Below, piece after piece: positions 58,290-64,000 of a DNA stretch of 64,000 nucleotides (position 1 is its first letter; every line of letters begins with the position of its first letter). Below the pieces are notes generated by a model. The model was given only the letters and a program-made list of their open reading frames with translations. It did no database searches and was not told the origin of the DNA. The DNA is taken from assembly GCA_951406725.2 (NCBI GenBank), contig OX597835.1, forward strand, positions 31,124,001 to 31,188,000, read 5' to 3'. This DNA comes from Octopus vulgaris (lineage: Eukaryota). The position numbers and the translations under genes were made by a program.

Positions 58290-58679
58290 TGTCTCGAATA
58301 ATTGGCTCAAGGCCAAGGTGGAGTAAATAGAATACATAGGCCATAGTATCCAACGGTACTTATTTTATTGACTCCCGAGAAGATGAGAGACACAGTCAAC
58401 CTCAGCGGAATATGAACTCTGATCATAAAGAAATGTAGCAGTTCGGCAAAAGTAACCAATAGAATAAGTATTAGGTTTACAAAAATAAGTCCTGGGGTCG
58501 AGTTCTTCAAGTAGAAACGGTGCTCCAGCATGGCCGCAGTCAAATGACTAAAACGTGTGTCAGTAAAGAGCACTGTGTTGACTATATATATTCACACACA
58601 CACACACGCACACTCACACACACACATGCACAAACACACAGGCACTCACTCAGACACACATATATATGCATATGTGACT

Positions 58680-58880
58680 ACATGTGAATCGTTGGCGATT
58701 TTTTTCCCTTTGTCTTCCTTTCTATTGGACACTCCTCTGTTTCTGAAGAAGAGCCTTGCTCGAAACGTTAAACCATCTTTCTTTCCTTCCTTGAGCGTCT
58801 GCTAATAATTTACTTATAACACGTGCTCGCGTTGTGTTTTTTGTGAGTTTCTTGCTCTTCTTTTTGGGGGATATACTATA
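58680..58880 (+). mobile_element. Short Penelope-like end (family P3)
   Basis: Reverse-complement homolog of 31518-31685 and 50905-51140. Confidence 0.75.
58739..58773 (+). ncRNA. Minimal type-I hammerhead ribozyme motif (loop-less palindromic helix III), core intact
   Basis: GTTT-CTGAAGA-A-GAGC-CTT-GCTC-GAAAC-GT-T-AAAC. Confidence 0.75.
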
Positions 58881-59094
58881 TATATATATTAACATAACTA
58901 CACACACTCAAATGCGCTCGCGCACACGCACCAGGGCGCTACGCCGTTTCCACAATGGCAAATTTCTGCCACATAATTGATTAGGCCTTAGCAATATATT
59001 CCAGATTTGCCGAACATCGGAATCGAAACAACCACCTGTTTAAGTAACCGAATTCATAACCAGAGCTCATATACAAACTTACATACATACACAC

Positions 59095-59125
<31 letters not shown>

Positions 59126-59163
59126 CATACATACATACATACATACATACATACATACATACA

Positions 59164-59677
59164 TGGTGGCTGCCCCTCATTATTGAGTATGGCCATTGCA
59201 CGAAGCTTAATCAATTTTTTATCGTGCAATGCCTATGCAAGAAGATTTTTTTAAAGTGAAGAAAGGCTGCGCACTGAGTCAATCCCACACAGTAAGCAAC
59301 AGCAGCCATAATCCGAAAAGAAGAACAAGTCAACATCATCGGTACCCACTGAGTCGCAGGGTTTATATCGGAGTTATCCCAGTTACCTGAATTACCTTCT
59401 TCTAGAAGGATGCCCTAACAAAGGCTAGGAGTCCTTCACTCTCAATGGTTTAACCGCGCGATCGGGTATTCAGTCCGATTATTTCTATGTCCCCGCGCAT
59501 GATACAGACTTAAGACATTTATTGGATGGCGGCCATAACTCTCAAGAGTTCCTCCGCCCTTTGACGGGTTTTGCTTTTCATCCCGCAGGAAGTCCAATAA
59601 AGACCCTGCTCACCAAGCAAGCTTGGTGGGGTTGCCGGTTTAGTCGCCGACGACCCGACCATGAAACAGGTTGTACA
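59164..59677 (-). mobile_element. Non-autonomous RTE-related retroposon inserted in (CATA)n
   Basis: Minus strand has ctttgttagggcatccttctagaagaaggtaa...ctccgatataaacc, resembling the conserved RTE 5' motif (agggcaacc..ctaggagaaggaaaactctga.tcaaacc). (CATA)n on both flanks; no ORF. Confidence 0.6.
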
Positions 59678-60344
59678 TACATACATACATACATACATAC
59701 ATACAAACAAACATACATACTTACATAAATAAATACATACATACATACATACATACATACATAAATACATACATACGTACATACTTACATACATACATAT
59801 ATGCATACATACATAATAACACACGCACACAAACACACATACACGCCCCAAGCTCACGCGCGCATAGTTGTGGTGGGAGCGTTTGCGGGTGTGTGTGATG
59901 CGTGACGTGTGGGAATATACAGAGTTGTCACCATTGACAATACACAACCAACAGTACGTCAGTTGTACAAACCTGTATGTCAGCAATTAGCTGACATCAA
60001 ATTGAATACATGACACTCAAATAACTCTCCTATCCTTACTCCATCCCTCATTAATACCCCCCTCTCTCTGCTTCTTTTTGTTTTTTTACTCTCACTCTTC
60101 ACAGTCTTCCTAAGGCGCTCTCATTCTCTCTATACCTCCCTCTGTCTCTCTGTCTCTCTCTCTCTCTCATTTTATTACCACCAAGCTTACTTTCTATGCC
60201 ACCTTATCTCTTTTACTATACAGACATATATATATATATCCATGTTCCCTTTCTTCTCTCCGACTCTTCCCCCTCTCTCGTCCTTCATCTAGCTTTCGTA
60301 CTCTGGCACAACTATATGACCACCTTTCTCTCTCACACATACTA

Positions 60345-60486
<142 letters not shown>

Positions 60487-61176
60487 CTTTCTATCAGTCT
60501 GTTTGTCTGTCTATCTGTCTGTCGGTATGTCACTATGTCGGTCTCTATGTTTGTATGTATAAATAGATCCATGTACATAAATCTGAACAAAATTCTAAAA
60601 ATATTGGTCTATTACTTATCTATGTCAAATCATGTCAAAGCATGACTGAGACAAGTAAGAAACAAAAGATAGAGTAAGTACCACTGAAGTACCAGTCGAG
60701 TACCAATCAGTTATCTTTCTTCTACACGCTAGATCTAGTACCTATACTAGAAACAAATATTCCATGGTGCTTGATTGAAAGACTCGGTAGAGCAACGGAA
60801 ATCTGCTCCCAGGTTTTTTATCCTGTTTTCAAACTCCTTTACAGTTCATCTTTTCAAGGTCATTAAAATAAAGTAGCAATCAAGTCCTGAGGTCTATGGT
60901 TCGGACCAACACTGTCCTGCCCCCTCAAAATTGCTGGCCTTGTACCAAATTCAGAAACTGTTATTAAGGTGGCGAGTTGGCAGAATCATTAGCGCGTCGC
61001 ACAAATTGCTTAGAGACATATAGGATATTTACGTTCTGAGTTCAAATACCGCCGAGATCAACTTTGGCTTCAATTGTTACGGGTTTTATAAAATAAGAAC
61101 CAGTCCAAGCACTAAGATCAATACGTGCAACTCTTTCCTCTAAATGTGACTATATTAGAAACGATTATTATTATTA

Positions 61177-61247
<71 letters not shown>

Positions 61248-61277
61248 GCTGTTCTTGTTGTTGTTATTATTATTACT

Positions 61278-61715
61278 GTTGAGTGAGAGAGCAGAGCATG
61301 CCCTCGATGTGACACTGATGTACAAATATACGAAGCCCAGTATACCTATCATCACTACCCGTCTGATAAGGGTACTCCAGGTACATGTATCACAACCATA
61401 TCTGCACAACATGGTGATCTCATATCAAGATAAACAGTGCATGACCTTGTAGGTGGGGCTCAGTTAGAATTTTCTTCAGATTGAATAGCCCATCTCGCTC
61501 AAAAGGTTTCCAAAGGTGAATGATCCAAACCCCAAAAAATGCTCCCCACTACATCTACTCGTAATCAGAGATGCACATATCCTCAGCCACTAAGGGACAT
61601 GCTCAACTGGTTAAGGTCAAGCAATTGAGAAGCGAACCTGGGGTTTTGAGAAGAATATTTGCCGCAGCCCATCTTTTTTACCAAGACAAAACAATGTTCA
61701 TCATAACACTTTCTG
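61278..61715 (-). mobile_element. Non-coding retroposon family D
   Basis: Homolog of 35505-35955 with an internal deletion. Confidence 0.75.
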
Positions 61716-61821
61716 CCTTACTATTATTACTATTATTATTATTATTATGTTGTTGTTGTTGTAGTTAGTGGTGGTGGTGGTGGTGGTGGTAGTGTTGCTG
61801 TTGTTGTTGTTGTTGTTGTTG

Positions 61822-61866
<45 letters not shown>

Positions 61867-62009
61867 ACCCGAAACGATGAAAGGTTGACTTCGCCTTTGA
61901 TCTTTTTGGGGGTCGATGAATCAAGTACCAGTTGAGCACCAGTAAACGACTTACCCCTCCCCCACCCCATATATTGCAGGCCTTGTGTCTTTAGTAGGAA
62001 GGATTTAGA

Positions 62010-62410
62010 GTTTATCGAAAGGTGGGTGAAAGTTGCGAGAATGGCATGAGTGGATGGTACCCCTCTAAGTGTAGACCTACGAGTCGGTGAGAAGGAATTG
62101 GAGAGGGTACTCGCTCTTCGTGTTCAGGAAAATCTCGAACAGCGCGGTTCCCCGAATATCCCTAGAGATCATTCTGTATCGGAAGGGCTACATCTCTATC
62201 GTCTTCCCCACTTTTTCTTTTCTTTAAACCCTTGCATACTATGTATATATTCCTTTCTTTTTCATTGTATACCGTGTATGCTTACATTTTTTTTGTCTCT
62301 AATCTAATTATTTTTTTCATTTCTTTATTTCTAAACCTCAACACTTTGTCTTTGTATTGCCCCTCTCATCCTTCACCCTGATGGCAAATAAATGAAATCA
62401 TTATTATTAT
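62010..62410 (+). mobile_element. Second copy of the L1/Tx1-like LINE 3' end
   Basis: gtgaaagttgcgagaatggca...gtgtagacct..gagaaggaattggagagggtact matches the reverse complement of 26420-26700; ends ggcaaataaatgaaatca(tta)n. Confidence 0.8.
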
Positions 62411-62534
62411 TGTTGTCGTTGTTGTTGTTGTTGTTTATGAAATTAATGGCTTTATTGTATTCACTAATTTCCTAAACGTTTCGTTCAGTTTTACCTCCGT
62501 CTCACACCCTATCATTCTCTCCTCTTTCTTTATA

Positions 62535-62575
<41 letters not shown>

Positions 62576-63024
62576 CTCTCTCTCTCTCTTTCTATCTCTC
62601 TTACACACTTTGATGTCATTCTAGAAGTTATCTTGTATGTATCATAAAAATTGTACAACGACACACAATTAACCAGTGCGTTAATTAATGAATTAATTAA
62701 GTTATTAACTATTTTAATAATGTTTTTCTTACATTCGACTTGAGGTCACGCATGTTTGTAAATGAGAGACTGTCGCAGTTCAGTCCAGTCATATATACGC
62801 TGACCTTCCCCCCACCCCGGATATCTGAAGGATGGAGTAATGTATTAGTGAAGGCAGTGCGGATGGTAGTGCTAATGGTATTGTTAGAGTAGAGTCATTA
62901 TCACGCTAATATATTCACCACCAGCACCACTGCAATCACCATCACCACCTCCACCATCGACAACAAAATATTATCAATACCATCACAACTCGCAACCACA
63001 CTAATCGAAGACAATAATAATCTT

Positions 63025-63500
63025 TACTACTATAGGCACAAGGCCTGAAATTTGGGGAACAGAGTAAGTCGATTACATCGACCCAAGTGCTCGACTGATA
63101 CTTATTTTATCGACCCCGAAAGGATCAAAGGCAAAGTCGACCTCGGCGGAATTTGAACTCAGAACGTAACGGCAGAAGAATTACTGCTAGGCATTTCGCC
63201 CGGCGTGCTAACGTTTCTGCCAGCTCGCTGCCTCAAAAGGAACAGTAATATTAACAAAAATAAAGGCGGTGTGCTGACAGAATCGTTAGCATGCCGGGCG
63301 AAATGCGAAGCGGTTTTTCGTCAGCCGTTACATTCTAATTTCAAATTCCGTCGAAGTCGACTTTGCCTTTCATCCTTCCGGAGTCGATTAAATAATTACC
63401 AGTTTCGCACTGGGGTCGATGTAATATGTAATCGACTTAATCCCTTTATCTGTCTTTGTCCCCTCTTTGTTTAGCCCCCGGTGGGTAATAAAGAAATAAA
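63025..63500. mobile_element. Two divergently oriented SINE family B copies (63025-63232 -, 63264-63500 +)
   Basis: Both show the family head and core and carry the two different tail types. Confidence 0.88.
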
Positions 63501-63579
63501 TAATAACAATAATTTTTGCGTGGCTGGTAATCCTACGCGCAATAGTAATCTAATTTTCCATTAACCATTGTCTACCGTC

Positions 63580-63800
63580 ACATGACTGTGCGATAAGAAG
63601 TTTGATTCCAAATCACATGGTTCGGGGTTCAGTCCCACTGGGTGCCAACCTTTGGAAACGGCTTCTACCATAGCCTTAGCCCGACCAAATCATTGTAAGT
63701 GGATTTGGAGGAAGGAAACTGAAAGAAGCCTGTCGCATGTGTCTGTGTGTGTATATGTATGTGTGCGTGTGTGTTTTTGTCTGTGTTTGTCTCCCACCAC
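63580..63800 (+). mobile_element. SINE family A, 5' part
   Basis: catggttcggggttcagtcccact...ggaaactgaaagaagcctgtcg. Confidence 0.8.
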
Positions 63801-63919
63801 ATATATATATACACACACACACATATATATATGTATGTATGTAAGTATGTATGTATGTATGTATGTATTAATACATATATATATACACCTATATATATAT
63901 TAATATATATATATATATG

Positions 63920-63976
<57 letters not shown>

Positions 63977-64000
63977 TTTTTATATATATATATATATATT

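Overview
Eukaryotic, AT-rich DNA saturated with microsatellites ((TA)n, (CA)n, (TAGA)n, (TATG)n, (AAT)n, (GAA)n, (CAC)n) and interspersed repeats. The composition and SINE families look like an Octopus (coleoid cephalopod) genome; this is an inference. The only host gene I can support is the terminal homeobox exon of an NK1/Slouch (NKX1-class) gene on the minus strand (44077-43521). It probably has a ~2.9-kb 3'UTR, and its upstream exon is not visible in the window. The rest is mobile DNA: a 5'-truncated but open Penelope-like (Naiad-type) RT + GIY-YIG element, many short Penelope-like ends carrying type-I hammerhead ribozyme motifs inside (TA)n tracts, Dong/R4-like REL LINE pieces inside (AAT)n tracts, CR1-, RTE- and L1/Tx1-like LINE ends (one abutting a 5S rRNA pseudogene), Tc1/mariner remnants, MITEs, and three tRNA-derived SINE families, two with tails matching LINE tails in the same window. 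Almost all ORFs in the supplied track are microsatellite translations. All alignments and folds were done by eye and repeat boundaries are approximate.
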